This document shows, in pieces, positions 19,196 through 27,155 of a DNA stretch of 64,000 nt; position 1 is the stretch's first letter; each line of letters opens with the position of its first letter. Where the stretch lies: the NCBI GenBank assembly GCA_963751015.1, contig CAVVSU010000003.1:13681-77680 (forward strand). The letters are read 5' to 3'. The notes beneath the pieces were generated by a model that worked only from the letters and a program-made list of their open reading frames with translations, did no database searches and was not told the DNA's origin. The position numbers and the translations under genes are program-made. This stretch comes from an uncultured Actinomycetes bacterium (GTDB lineage Bacteria; Actinomycetota; Thermoleophilia; Solirubrobacterales; 70-9).

Positions 19196-19404
19196 GCACC
19201 AAGGCAACGAGCCTGCGTCTTCCCACGGAGCAGGCGGAAGAACTTGCCGCAGTCGCCCGGGTCGACGGAGTCCCGATCTCAGAAATCGTTCGCGCGGCGA
19301 TTTACCAATTCATCGCGGCCCGTCGATCCGAGCCCGACTTCAAGGAGCGCCTGAGGCAATGCCTGGAAGAAGACCGCAAGACCCTGGAGCGGCTGGCGAC
19401 GTAA
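19192..19404 (+). CDS. Ribbon-helix-helix (CopG-like) protein (island A)
   Basis: MSTKATSLRLPTEQAEELAAVARVDGVPISEIVRAAIYQFI has the RHH pattern. Its ATGA start overlaps the XRE gene stop. Confidence 0.7.
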   Translation: MSTKATSLRLPTEQAEELAAVARVDGVPISEIVRAAIYQFIAARRSEPDFKERLRQCLEEDRKTLERLAT

Positions 19405-19821
19405 GGGGGTCACTCCGCGTCGCTCGGGGCGAAGGAGGACCGCCCCCAGTCCCACATTGACCCAAAGAGACCAAGACCCGATCAAAACCCCGATCCACTC
19501 CCGAAGACGTAGCCAGGTAGCCCGAGCCCAATGCATGAAACGCAGACCCCCAACAACGCAGCTTCGCTACGGCCCTGCGGCCCTCCTCGAAGCCCCGACA
19601 CACTACGAACCCTCCGGATTCGGCTATTCCAAGCCGCCCCTCCCGCCCCTCCGGGCGGCCGATTTTGGCACGGCTTCGCCGCGCGGAGGCCGCCCTTAAG
19701 GAGGGCCAGGAGGGGTCTGACCTTCGGTCGGATTCCGATGCAGCCGCCGGTCTCGCCGGACAGAAGGGACATGGCGGCAACTCACCCCGTGCAGATGGCC
19801 CTCTCCGGTGGCAAGAAGGGC

Positions 19822-20019
19822 ATGCAGGCTAAAGCCAGCGGTCCGACCTTTTTCACCGAGCGCAGTCTTGCCGCCTACCTATCGGTCTCAGATAGGACCG
19901 TTCGCAACTGGATCAGGCGCGGCGAGCTGCCCAGCTACAAGCTCGGCGCATCCAGGCGGATCGACCCGACCGACGTTGCGACGTTCCTTGAGCAGCGGAG
20001 GGAGGAGGCGGCGGCATGA
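19822..20019 (+). CDS. xis: Excisionase-family (HTH_17/MerR-like) DNA-binding protein (alternative start 19771)
   Basis: FFTERSLAAYLSVSDRTVRNWIRRGELPSYKLGASRRIDPTDVATFLEQRR. Its stop overlaps the integrase start (ATGA at 20016). Confidence 0.8.
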   Translation: MQAKASGPTFFTERSLAAYLSVSDRTVRNWIRRGELPSYKLGASRRIDPTDVATFLEQRREEAAA

Positions 20020-21104
20020 GGCGAGACACCCCCGTCAAGCGTCGCAACCCATCTGGGCAGGTTGTGTGGGTCGCCAGGTACACCGGCCGCGACGGTCGTC
20101 GCCAGATCGCCAAGCCGTCTTGGAACCGAGGCAAAGGCACCTTCGTCAGGAAGGGCGAAGCGCAGAAAGCGATTGACGAGGCGTACGGCTTCTCGGACCG
20201 GCCGGACACCCTAGGCGACTATTCCGCGACCTGGACCGAGAGACACCCACGCTCGGAACGGACCAACGCGACGAACGAGCATCGGATCAGCCGAGTCACC
20301 GAGATCCAAGTCGAGGGGATCGCGTTGAAGGACTGGCCGATGCGCGAGCTGCGCCGCCGCCATGCGCTCGCCTTGGTCGACCACATGCTCAGGGTCGAAG
20401 GCCGAGCCACCACCGGAGCGGTCGGGATCATCCGCTCGCTATCGGCAATGACCGAGGACGCGATCACCGACGAAGTCTGCGACCTCAACCCGTTCAAGGG
20501 CGTGCGGATCAGAGCCAGCGATCCGAGAGCGCAGAAGAAGCCCCGCCCGATCCGCGTCTTCACCTTCGAGGAAATGCACCGCTTCGCCAAGTCGGCGGGC
20601 GACTACGAGGCGATGGTCCGCGTCTTCACCGACACCGGCCTCAGACTGGGGGAGGTCCTTCCGCTCCGCCGCGAAGACTTCGACGGCGAGACTCTCCAGG
20701 TCCGCCGCACGGCGCACGAGGGCCAGATCCTCGAGGGCACGAAGACCGACCACGGCGAGCTAGACGCTGGCCGCGTCGTCCCCGTCCCGGCAACTCTCGC
20801 CTGGATGCTCGAAGCGCAGCTCCAAGTCAGCGACGAGAGCGACCTGCTCTTCACGACTCCGACCGGCCGCATGTGGCGCGAGCGCAACTTCTACCGCGAC
20901 CTTTGGAGGCCCGCGCAAGAAGCCTCCGACCTAGACATCCGCCCCCATGAGTGCCGCCACAGCTACGTCACGCACTTACGAGCTGCCGGCGTCAACGACG
21001 CCGACTTGGCCGAGATCGCGGGACACCGCGTTGAGACGATGCTGGCCCGGTACACGCATGCGGTAGGCGAGAGCTTCCCGTCTGTCAGAGCCGCTATTGG
21101 CTAG
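20016..21104 (+). CDS. int: Tyrosine recombinase / phage-type integrase
   Basis: The C-terminal catalytic region ...TGLRLGEVLPLRRED...RPHECRHSYVTHLRAAGVNDADLAEIAGHRVETMLARYTH fits the R..HxxR..Y pattern. Confidence 0.95.
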   Translation: MRRDTPVKRRNPSGQVVWVARYTGRDGRRQIAKPSWNRGKGTFVRKGEAQKAIDEAYGFSDRPDTLGDYSATWTERHPRSERTNATNEHRISRVTEIQVEGIALKDWPMRELRRRHALALVDHMLRVEGRATTGAVGIIRSLSAMTEDAITDEVCDLNPFKGVRIRASDPRAQKKPRPIRVFTFEEMHRFAKSAGDYEAMVRVFTDTGLRLGEVLPLRREDFDGETLQVRRTAHEGQILEGTKTDHGELDAGRVVPVPATLAWMLEAQLQVSDESDLLFTTPTGRMWRERNFYRDLWRPAQEASDLDIRPHECRHSYVTHLRAAGVNDADLAEIAGHRVETMLARYTHAVGESFPSVRAAIG

Positions 21105-21167
21105 TTGGATCGCCAGCCGAGGAGGAAACCGCTGCAAACCTTCGCAATTTTGGTGCTCCCCTTGACG

Positions 21168-21237
21168 CTGGCGGTAAAATCGATCAAGTCTCGCTTTAAG
21201 CGAGACGACCCTCTGGGTTGATCGATTTTACCGCCAG
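21168..21237. repeat. Perfect 20-bp inverted repeat enclosing a nested 7-bp hairpin
   Basis: CTGGCGGTAAAATCGATCAA (21168-21187) / TTGATCGATTTTACCGCCAG (21218-21237). The inner hairpin is GTCTCGC-TTTAA-GCGAGAC (21188-21206). It lies in an AT-rich spacer between the convergent int and GNAT-like genes. Confidence 0.8.
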
Positions 21238-21355
21238 CTAAAAGGGATTCACGATTTTCTGGTTTTCTGCTCCCCGCTCCGGTAACTTGTTTATCCGAGT
21301 ACCCGGGTACAGCCCTATGAAGGATCTGTTCCCCCGAGCCGATTAGGAACTCAAG

Positions 21356-21523
21356 ATGGCGCTTATAACTGACATCCGAGTGGCGACGAAAATTGACGGC
21401 GACGACTTTGACGCCGCACGGAAAGATTCGAAGGTCAGCGCTCTGGTTCGTGCTTCCCGCAAGTATGGAGATGAACTCCGGAAGAGCGGGAAAGATCACT
21501 CTTTGGCCCCCTCTGGCCGGTAG
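21356..21523 (+). CDS. Candidate 55-aa small ORF (hypothetical)
   Basis: Hand translation gives MALITDIRVATKIDGDDFDAARKDSKVSALVRASRKYGDELRKSGKDHSLAPSGR*. AGGAA lies about 6 nt upstream, and codon GC3 is low like the rest of the island cargo. It is below the ORF-track size cutoff. Confidence 0.3.
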   Translation: MALITDIRVATKIDGDDFDAARKDSKVSALVRASRKYGDELRKSGKDHSLAPSGR

Positions 21524-21531
21524 CCAGCTCG

Positions 21532-22143
21532 CTACTCCAGTCCCCGGTCAAACGGGCCCATATAAGGACCGGTCAGCGGGAGATAGAGGCGCCGCAGCTC
21601 CCCACCCTCGTCCTGGGTTTGAGAGTTTCGGAGTCCCTTTGCTCGCCACATTCCCTGCGTCTCCAAGTCAAAGGGATCCAGCGTAAGGATTACGTTCCCC
21701 TGTAGCTCCGCGACCAAGCTAGCGACGTAGATCGCATGCCTGAGTGCCTTATCGCCTGCTCCGGCGGGGGCTCGCCGATCCCTTGCTATCCACTCAACAT
21801 GGGAAGAGCCGAACCTCGCCCCTCCTCCGCCCATTTGAGCCTGGTACTTCTCCGAGGTGATGATGGCCTCACCCGAGCTAAGCGCATAGAAGGCCGCCAC
21901 GTGGCCTTGGGCAACGAGGATGCGCGTTACGCAGACGGTTAGTTCGGCCGCCCGGTCTCTGAACCATTCCGTCCCCTCCTTGGCAGCCGCTTGATTCCTT
22001 GAATATGCCTCGAAGTCGGCGACGGCATCGCCAAGATCGGGCCGTTCCTCGGCGACCTGCAGGTTCCACTGAAACCACTCTGCCTCGTGAAGGTCGCCTG
22101 CGGTTAGCTGCCAGTCCTCCGCCATGTCTTGATCTTGTCGCAT
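21532..22143 (-). CDS. Hypothetical protein, possibly GNAT-like acetyltransferase fold (island A cargo). Alternative starts at 22185 (TTG) and 22125 (ATG).
   Basis: ...VAAFYALSSGEAIITSE...GSSHVEWIARDRRAPAGAGDKALRHAIYVASLVAELQGNVILTLDPFDLETQGMWRAKGL loosely resembles the GNAT beta4-alpha3 (RxxGxG/A-like) and C-terminal region. This is weak, motif-level similarity only. Confidence 0.4.
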   Translation of the reverse strand: MRQDQDMAEDWQLTAGDLHEAEWFQWNLQVAEERPDLGDAVADFEAYSRNQAAAKEGTEWFRDRAAELTVCVTRILVAQGHVAAFYALSSGEAIITSEKYQAQMGGGGARFGSSHVEWIARDRRAPAGAGDKALRHAIYVASLVAELQGNVILTLDPFDLETQGMWRAKGLRNSQTQDEGGELRRLYLPLTGPYMGPFDRGLE

Positions 22144-22303
22144 AAGGCCGATGACCCTGCCAGCCCCGGGTATCGCGGCCCTCAAGACCGATGAGTCAGC
22201 GCCTGCGTGGAACTCGGGCTCTAGACATTCAACGACGCAGAACTTCTAGGCCGCTTAACCGTGCAGCACAATCCTCGCGCGTAACTGGTGGTTTTGGCGT
22301 CCG

Positions 22304-22996
22304 ATGCTCCCTTCAAGCTCCAAGACAATGAGTTGGAGAAAGATTGCGCCAGGGGCTTGGGGGGAGCAGTTGCGACTCGGAATCCTGGCCGCCCTGCAAC
22401 AAGTCTACGACGAGAACTGCGAGAGGCACGCGCCGGAAGATATCGGCGACAACAACAAAACCTTCGGGATCAACGTTTCGGAGAACCTCCGGTTTGTCGT
22501 CGAACGTGACGTGATTCCAGTAATTGACGGCGCGGGAGTCGAGACCTCGCGTGGTGCTTGGATGATTCGACTCTGGGGCGGCAAGCTCGTCCATATCTAT
22601 AAGGCGCCACCTGGTGCCCTGGATGTCCGCGAGTTCCGCTTCAACGTGTCGAAAGTCAAGCTGGAACTCGTTTCGCAGAATGCCAATCAGCTGCAGCTGT
22701 TTGAGGAAGAGGGATTCCAGAGTCACGGAGCCGAGGATCTTCAACACGTAGTGATCGTCCACTTCGGCGATCCCCAGAATGGCCTCACTCGCGTAGACGT
22801 GGGTGCGCCATGTCTTGACGAGGCGCTTGGCTATCAGTGGATCTGGTCAGCACCCTTCAGCGAGCTTGAGCCGCTACAAGAGGCCGACGGGGGCGATGGC
22901 GCAGTAGGCTCCAATTCAATGGACGACGAGGACTTCGGCTTGGAGATGCGCGACGTTGACGAGGACGATCGTAAGGATCTCCTGGGTGAGGCGTGA
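22304..22996 (+). CDS. Orphan hypothetical protein with a highly acidic C-terminal tail (island A cargo). Alternative start 22328.
   Basis: It is a 230-aa coherent ORF in the low-GC cargo region. I recognise no motif. The tail reads ...EADGGDGAVGSNSMDDEDFGLEMRDVDEDDRKDLLGEA. Its stop overlaps the downstream start (GTGA at 22993-22996). Confidence 0.6.
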   Translation: MLPSSSKTMSWRKIAPGAWGEQLRLGILAALQQVYDENCERHAPEDIGDNNKTFGINVSENLRFVVERDVIPVIDGAGVETSRGAWMIRLWGGKLVHIYKAPPGALDVREFRFNVSKVKLELVSQNANQLQLFEEEGFQSHGAEDLQHVVIVHFGDPQNGLTRVDVGAPCLDEALGYQWIWSAPFSELEPLQEADGGDGAVGSNSMDDEDFGLEMRDVDEDDRKDLLGEA

Positions 22997-24111
22997 GCCT
23001 GGACGCGCGGAGCGCAGCCGCGCTGTTTGATCCCTCCCGCCTTCGCCTCGCCCGCCAACTCAAAGGCTTAAAGCGCTCTCAGCTCGCGGAGCTGGTGGGC
23101 CTCTCCGCTCCTGCTGTTAGCCAATTCGAGAGCGGTGTTACGAAGCCACGTCCCTCAACTTTGGCCGAGATCTCGTTGCGACTGGGGATGCCGGCGGCCT
23201 TTTTTGCTTCGACTGGGCGACCGCTGCAGTCCGTTCCTACCGAGGAGACCTTCTTCCGAAGCCTGAGGCGCACGTCCCAGCTCGACCGTGAACGGGCTGC
23301 CGCGCATGCTGTCCTCCTAGCGGAACTCGTCAGGATCATCGAGGGCCGGGTGAAGCTCCCCGCCTACGACGTGCCAGTTGACTTAACCCTTCGAGCCGAT
23401 GAGTCACTCGAGGCTGCAGAAACAATCGCCAACGGTCTCCGCTCCCGGTGGGATCTTGGGGAAGAGCCGATTCCCAGCACGGTCAGGGTGTTGGAGAGGC
23501 GTGGAGTTCCAGTTGCTCGCCTTCCCCTGCTCACGTCTGACGTGGATGCATTCTCGACTGTCGCGACTACCCGCCCCGTGATTGTCCTGGGTGCGGATAA
23601 GGGAGTTCGGGAGCGGTCGCGGCGTGATGCCTTGCACGAGCTAGGGCACTTGGTGATGCACCATGCCGAACCTGAGGCAGCGAGCCCTCCATTAGAGCGA
23701 CAGGCCGAGCGGTTCGCTTCCGCCCTCCTATTTCCGGCGACTGCATTTATGGACGAGTGGCCCCAGGGAAATCGACTGGATTGGCCGCGTTTGATGAGTC
23801 TGAAGGCACGTTGGGGGATGTCCCTCGGTGCCCTTCTTTATCGAGCTAGAGAGTTGAGTCTTCTATCGCCTACGGCATATGAGTCCGCCGTGAAGTACAT
23901 GTCGAAGAAGGGGTGGCGGACCCGCGAGCCCGGACCTTCCGGGGAGCCAGAGGAGCCGAAACTACTGAGCGATGCGCTGGCACTCATGGTTGAGAATCAG
24001 GTCGATGTCGACCGACTGCTGGCCGAGAATGGTCTACCTAGCGCCGACCATCTGGCGGCCCTACTTAGGGTCGAGTCTCGACAGCCACAGCGCCTTAAGC
24101 TGGCTGTCTAA
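22993..24111 (+). CDS. XRE-HTH / ImmA-IrrE (COG2856, DUF955) zinc-metalloprotease fusion protein
   Basis: N-terminal HTH LKRSQLAELVGLSAPAVSQFESGVTKPRPSTLAEISLRLG. The central HEXXH motif is HELGH (codons about 23635-23649) in ...RRDALHELGHLVMHH...ERQAERFASALLFP, which is typical of ImmA/IrrE. Confidence 0.85.
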   Translation: MSLDARSAAALFDPSRLRLARQLKGLKRSQLAELVGLSAPAVSQFESGVTKPRPSTLAEISLRLGMPAAFFASTGRPLQSVPTEETFFRSLRRTSQLDRERAAAHAVLLAELVRIIEGRVKLPAYDVPVDLTLRADESLEAAETIANGLRSRWDLGEEPIPSTVRVLERRGVPVARLPLLTSDVDAFSTVATTRPVIVLGADKGVRERSRRDALHELGHLVMHHAEPEAASPPLERQAERFASALLFPATAFMDEWPQGNRLDWPRLMSLKARWGMSLGALLYRARELSLLSPTAYESAVKYMSKKGWRTREPGPSGEPEEPKLLSDALALMVENQVDVDRLLAENGLPSADHLAALLRVESRQPQRLKLAV

Positions 24112-24172
24112 CCCGGGGTCGCATCCCGGTCACATCAGCGCCGCAACAGCCGCTCCGCCGCCACGCTCTCCT

Positions 24173-24220
24173 GGTCTACGAAACCGAAGGTCACAGGTTC
24201 AAATCCTGTCGGGCGCGTTC
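24173..24220 (+). repeat. attR of island A / attL of island B: 48-bp direct repeat, copy 2
   Basis: It is identical to 18089-18136 and is the 3' half of tRNA-Arg without the 5' half. Confidence 0.9.
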
Positions 24221-24702
24221 GCGCGATGTCGCTTGTGAAGCGGGTTGCGGACTTCTGGGGAATCGGCCGGGAGGCCGATCGGCGACGAGATCGCCGCGAT
24301 TGGACAGCTTGGCGAGGCTGCGGCGCGGCGGGCTCGTCCACCAGTGCGGGGACTTCGCCTTCCCCTTTAGGCCGGCCTTGGAGGGGGCCGCCGTCTGGGG
24401 CACGTGCTCGCGGCGGGAGACTGAGGTGGGGGCGGAGCCTCACGCGGGAAATAGCCCCGGCGGACGAGTTCAATCGCCGAGACAGGTGTGGCATCTGACG
24501 TCACGAGCGCTAGGCACCCGATGCAGATGCCCCGATACGTTCCAAATGCCGGAGGGCTTTACTTTGCGATAGCCGTACCTTCGGCGCCATCGTCTGGTCA
24601 ACATTTTGAAAGCAGTCTTGGTTTCGGTCCGGTCTTGTTCGCGGAGCTGGAGACCAACACTCGATGTATCGTGTATCGATACCTGATACGCTAGTTGCAT
24701 CT

Positions 24703-25230
24703 ATGGTCAAGAAGTCGGACATCTACGTACTCAGTGGCCTCTTGGCTGAGGGCGGTGACTGGAGCTACAGGTCCCTGGCCGAGCGCTTGCGCGTTCCGCA
24801 TCCCGTGGTTCAGCGGGCGCTTGCGCGCGCTCAGGACGGGGATCTTTATTCGCTCGAGCGACGACAGGTTCATGTTCCGCACTTTGAGGAGTTCGCGCTC
24901 CACGCGCTGCGCTTCGTCGCTCCGGCTCGGCTGGGTGCGCTCGTGCCGGGGGTTTCCGCCGCATGGGCGGCCGAGCCGATGGCCAGCGCGATCCGCTCCT
25001 CCGGTGAGGAGCCGCCACCGGTGTGGCCTTATGCCAGAGGCCGGGTGCGAGGTCAGGCGATTGAGCCGCTTCATCCCGCGGCGCCAGAGGCGGTGGAGGA
25101 CTGGCCGGAGCTGGGCGAGATCCTGGCGCTGCTCGACAGCCTGCGGGCCGGCGACTCGCGTGTCCGGCGGGTGGCCGGTGAACTTCTCATGGGCCTGCTG
25201 CAGGAGCGGGCGGGGGAGAGGAAACGCTGA
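24703..25230 (+). CDS. Winged-helix transcriptional regulator, putative AbiEi-like antitoxin (track ORF starts at 24664)
   Basis: MVKKSDIYVLSGLLAEGGDWSYRSLAERLRVPHPVVQRALARAQDGDLY is an N-terminal wHTH. It sits immediately upstream of a nucleotidyltransferase gene. Confidence 0.6.
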   Translation: MVKKSDIYVLSGLLAEGGDWSYRSLAERLRVPHPVVQRALARAQDGDLYSLERRQVHVPHFEEFALHALRFVAPARLGALVPGVSAAWAAEPMASAIRSSGEEPPPVWPYARGRVRGQAIEPLHPAAPEAVEDWPELGEILALLDSLRAGDSRVRRVAGELLMGLLQERAGERKR

Positions 25231-25274
25231 GCGCGCAGCAGCTCGAGATCGCGGCCGAGCTGCTCGGCCCGCTC

Positions 25275-25913
25275 TTGGACGAGGTCGTCTTCGTCGGCGG
25301 CGCGACGGTCCACCTCTGGCTCACCGAGCCCGGCGCGCCGCCCGCTCGCGCCACCGAGGACGTCGATGTCCTCTGCGAGGTCACCAGCCGCGCTGACTAC
25401 TACCGGCTCGGAGGGAAGCTGCGCGAGCGTGGCCTGCAGGAGGCGGCCGGCGCACCTGTGCTGTGTCGGTGGCAGAGCGCCGAGCCACGCCTGATCCTCG
25501 ACGTCATGCCGACCGACGCCGACATACTTGGTTTCTCCAACCCCTGGTACGAGGAGGCGATTTCGACCGCGGTGACGATCGCTCTCGACTCAGGTGCCGA
25601 GATCCGAGCCGCGACCCCGGTGCTGCTGGTGGCGACCAAGCTCTGCGCCTGGAAGGGTCGAGGCAGGGGAGACCTGCTGCGAAGCCTCGACGTCCACGAC
25701 GTGCTGACGCTGATCGACGGCCGCCCGGAGCTCATCGAGGAGATCGAGGTCGCCCCGTCGGGAATCGGTACCTACATCAAGGACGAGCTGACTGACCTGC
25801 GAACCGAGCCCTACTTCGACTATGCGGTCGAGGGTGCGACCGCCTCCTACGGCACGATCGGTATCGAGCGCGCCCAGCTCGTCCGGGACCGCATCGAGGG
25901 ACTGCTCGCCTGA
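25275..25913 (+). CDS. Nucleotidyltransferase-fold protein, putative AbiEii/DUF1814-like toxin
   Basis: VFVGGATVHLWL...ATEDVDVLCEV is a pol-beta-type NTase core (GG...DxD). There is no in-frame ATG or GTG between the upstream stop (25179) and the TTG at 25275, so the start is non-canonical (TTG, or the CTG at 25227). Confidence 0.6.
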   Translation: MDEVVFVGGATVHLWLTEPGAPPARATEDVDVLCEVTSRADYYRLGGKLRERGLQEAAGAPVLCRWQSAEPRLILDVMPTDADILGFSNPWYEEAISTAVTIALDSGAEIRAATPVLLVATKLCAWKGRGRGDLLRSLDVHDVLTLIDGRPELIEEIEVAPSGIGTYIKDELTDLRTEPYFDYAVEGATASYGTIGIERAQLVRDRIEGLLA

Positions 25914-25936
25914 CCTTCCTGGGACAACACAGGTTC

Positions 25937-25961
25937 AAATTCTGTCGGGCGCTTAGCTCCA
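25937..25961 (+). repeat. Degenerate third copy of the tRNA-Arg 3' end (outer att remnant)
   Basis: CACAGGTTCAAATTCTGTCGGGCGC matches the tRNA T-arm/acceptor segment CACAGGTTCAAATCCTGTCGGGCGC at 24 of 25 positions. Confidence 0.7.
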
Positions 25962-25996
25962 GCTCGCCGCTAATCGTGTGAAGATTTGGGGCCACA

Positions 25997-26122
25997 GTGA
26001 CCAACTTCGTCTTCGGCATGCTCATCGGCCTCTTCATCCTCGCCGCGCTCGTGGTGGCTGGCCTCGTCTACCTGGACTGGTTCTTGGACCAGGGTGGTGT
26101 CCTGACTTCCCCGCTCGCATAG
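25997..26122 (+). CDS. Candidate 41-aa hydrophobic peptide (single TM)
   Basis: Hand translation from GTG gives VTNFVFGMLIGLFILAALVVAGLVYLDWFLDQGGVLTSPLA*. It is below the ORF-track cutoff and has no clear Shine-Dalgarno. Confidence 0.3.
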   Translation: MTNFVFGMLIGLFILAALVVAGLVYLDWFLDQGGVLTSPLA

Positions 26123-26207
26123 ATCCGGCGCTTGGGGGACGGCGCCGCCGGTCGGGAATGGACCGGACGGCGCCGCGGCAGTTCCCCTTCCTAGTCTGTG
26201 TGGCATT

Positions 26208-27122
26208 TTGTCGGTACGTGGCGATACCCTGACGGGCATTACGGGAGGTCAATCGAGATCCGAGCACCCCGAGAACGAGCCGCCAAGGCGTCGGCTCGGT
26301 CGCCTGGGGAAGGCTGGAATCGCGCTGGCGATTCTGGTCGTCGCCCTCGCCGTGCTTGCCTCGCAGCAAGGTGGTGACAGTGGCGGCAGCGGGCCGCTGA
26401 ACGCGATCGCTCAGGCGGCGGAGAAGACGCAGAGCGAGCCGGGTGGGCGGGCGACGATGCGGGCGGTCGTCACCGAGCCGGGGTCGGAGCCGATCACGAT
26501 GAGGGGGCAGATCGTCTTCGACGACGAGGACCGCAGCCGGACGGTCTTGACGGCGCAGCGACCCGACTCGGACGGTTCGGTGCGGATGACCATGGTCGGC
26601 GAGGGAACCGTCATGTACATGAGCTCGAGCGAGTTCGGCTCGCTGCCGGACGACGACAAGTGGATGGCGCTCGACCTCACTCTGGGGCGGGAACTCGATA
26701 CCCCCGTCGCCGCCAGCCCCGACCCGAAGGGAGAACTGGCGCTTCTCGAAGCGGCGAGCGGGGACGTGCAGAAGCTCGGGAAGGAGAATGTCCGTGGCGT
26801 GCCGACGACGCGCTACCGCGGCACGATCGGCGTTTCCGAGCAGGCTGAGAATCTGCGCGAGGTGGGTGCCGAGGATCTCGCCGCGCGCACCGAAGAGGAA
26901 GGCTCGCCTCTGCGCGTCGAAGCATGGGTCGACGCAGATGAATTGGTGCGCCGCATGAGGATGGTCCACACGCAGCCGCAGGTCGAGGGCGAGGGAACCG
27001 CGACGATGGACATGACGATGGACTTCTTCGACTTCGGCCTCGAACCTCAGATCGACGTGCCCGACTCGGACGAAGTCTTCGACGCGACGGCCTTGGCCGA
27101 AGAAGAACTCCGCGAGCACTGA
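26208..27122 (+). CDS. Membrane-anchored/secreted hypothetical protein (possibly LolA/LppX-like fold)
   Basis: N-terminal TM/signal anchor GIALAILVVALAVLA followed by a soluble domain. The fold assignment is a guess. Confidence 0.55.
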   Translation: MSVRGDTLTGITGGQSRSEHPENEPPRRRLGRLGKAGIALAILVVALAVLASQQGGDSGGSGPLNAIAQAAEKTQSEPGGRATMRAVVTEPGSEPITMRGQIVFDDEDRSRTVLTAQRPDSDGSVRMTMVGEGTVMYMSSSEFGSLPDDDKWMALDLTLGRELDTPVAASPDPKGELALLEAASGDVQKLGKENVRGVPTTRYRGTIGVSEQAENLREVGAEDLAARTEEEGSPLRVEAWVDADELVRRMRMVHTQPQVEGEGTATMDMTMDFFDFGLEPQIDVPDSDEVFDATALAEEELREH

Positions 27123-27155
27123 GCGTCATCCGGGCGCGCTCCTAGGCTGCCCGCC

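Larger units (their letters stand above)
24221..25961 (+). mobile_element. Island B: about 1.7-kb remnant of an earlier integration at the same tRNA-Arg att site
   Basis: It lies between repeat copy 2 and a degenerate third copy (25937-25961). It has no integrase and retains only a two-gene wHTH + nucleotidyltransferase module, plus a frame-disrupted fragment resembling the island A wHTH gene (...GGLVHQCGDFAFPFRPAL versus ...GGLLGTETRRVIPTRAAL). Confidence 0.65.

Noticed and set aside
21101-21499. A 132-aa minus-strand ORF in the spacer after the integrase
   Set aside because: It reads straight through the 20-bp perfect inverted repeat and the nested hairpin. It has no Shine-Dalgarno and no recognisable features. 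The region is better explained as structured non-coding DNA, possibly with a small plus-strand ORF.
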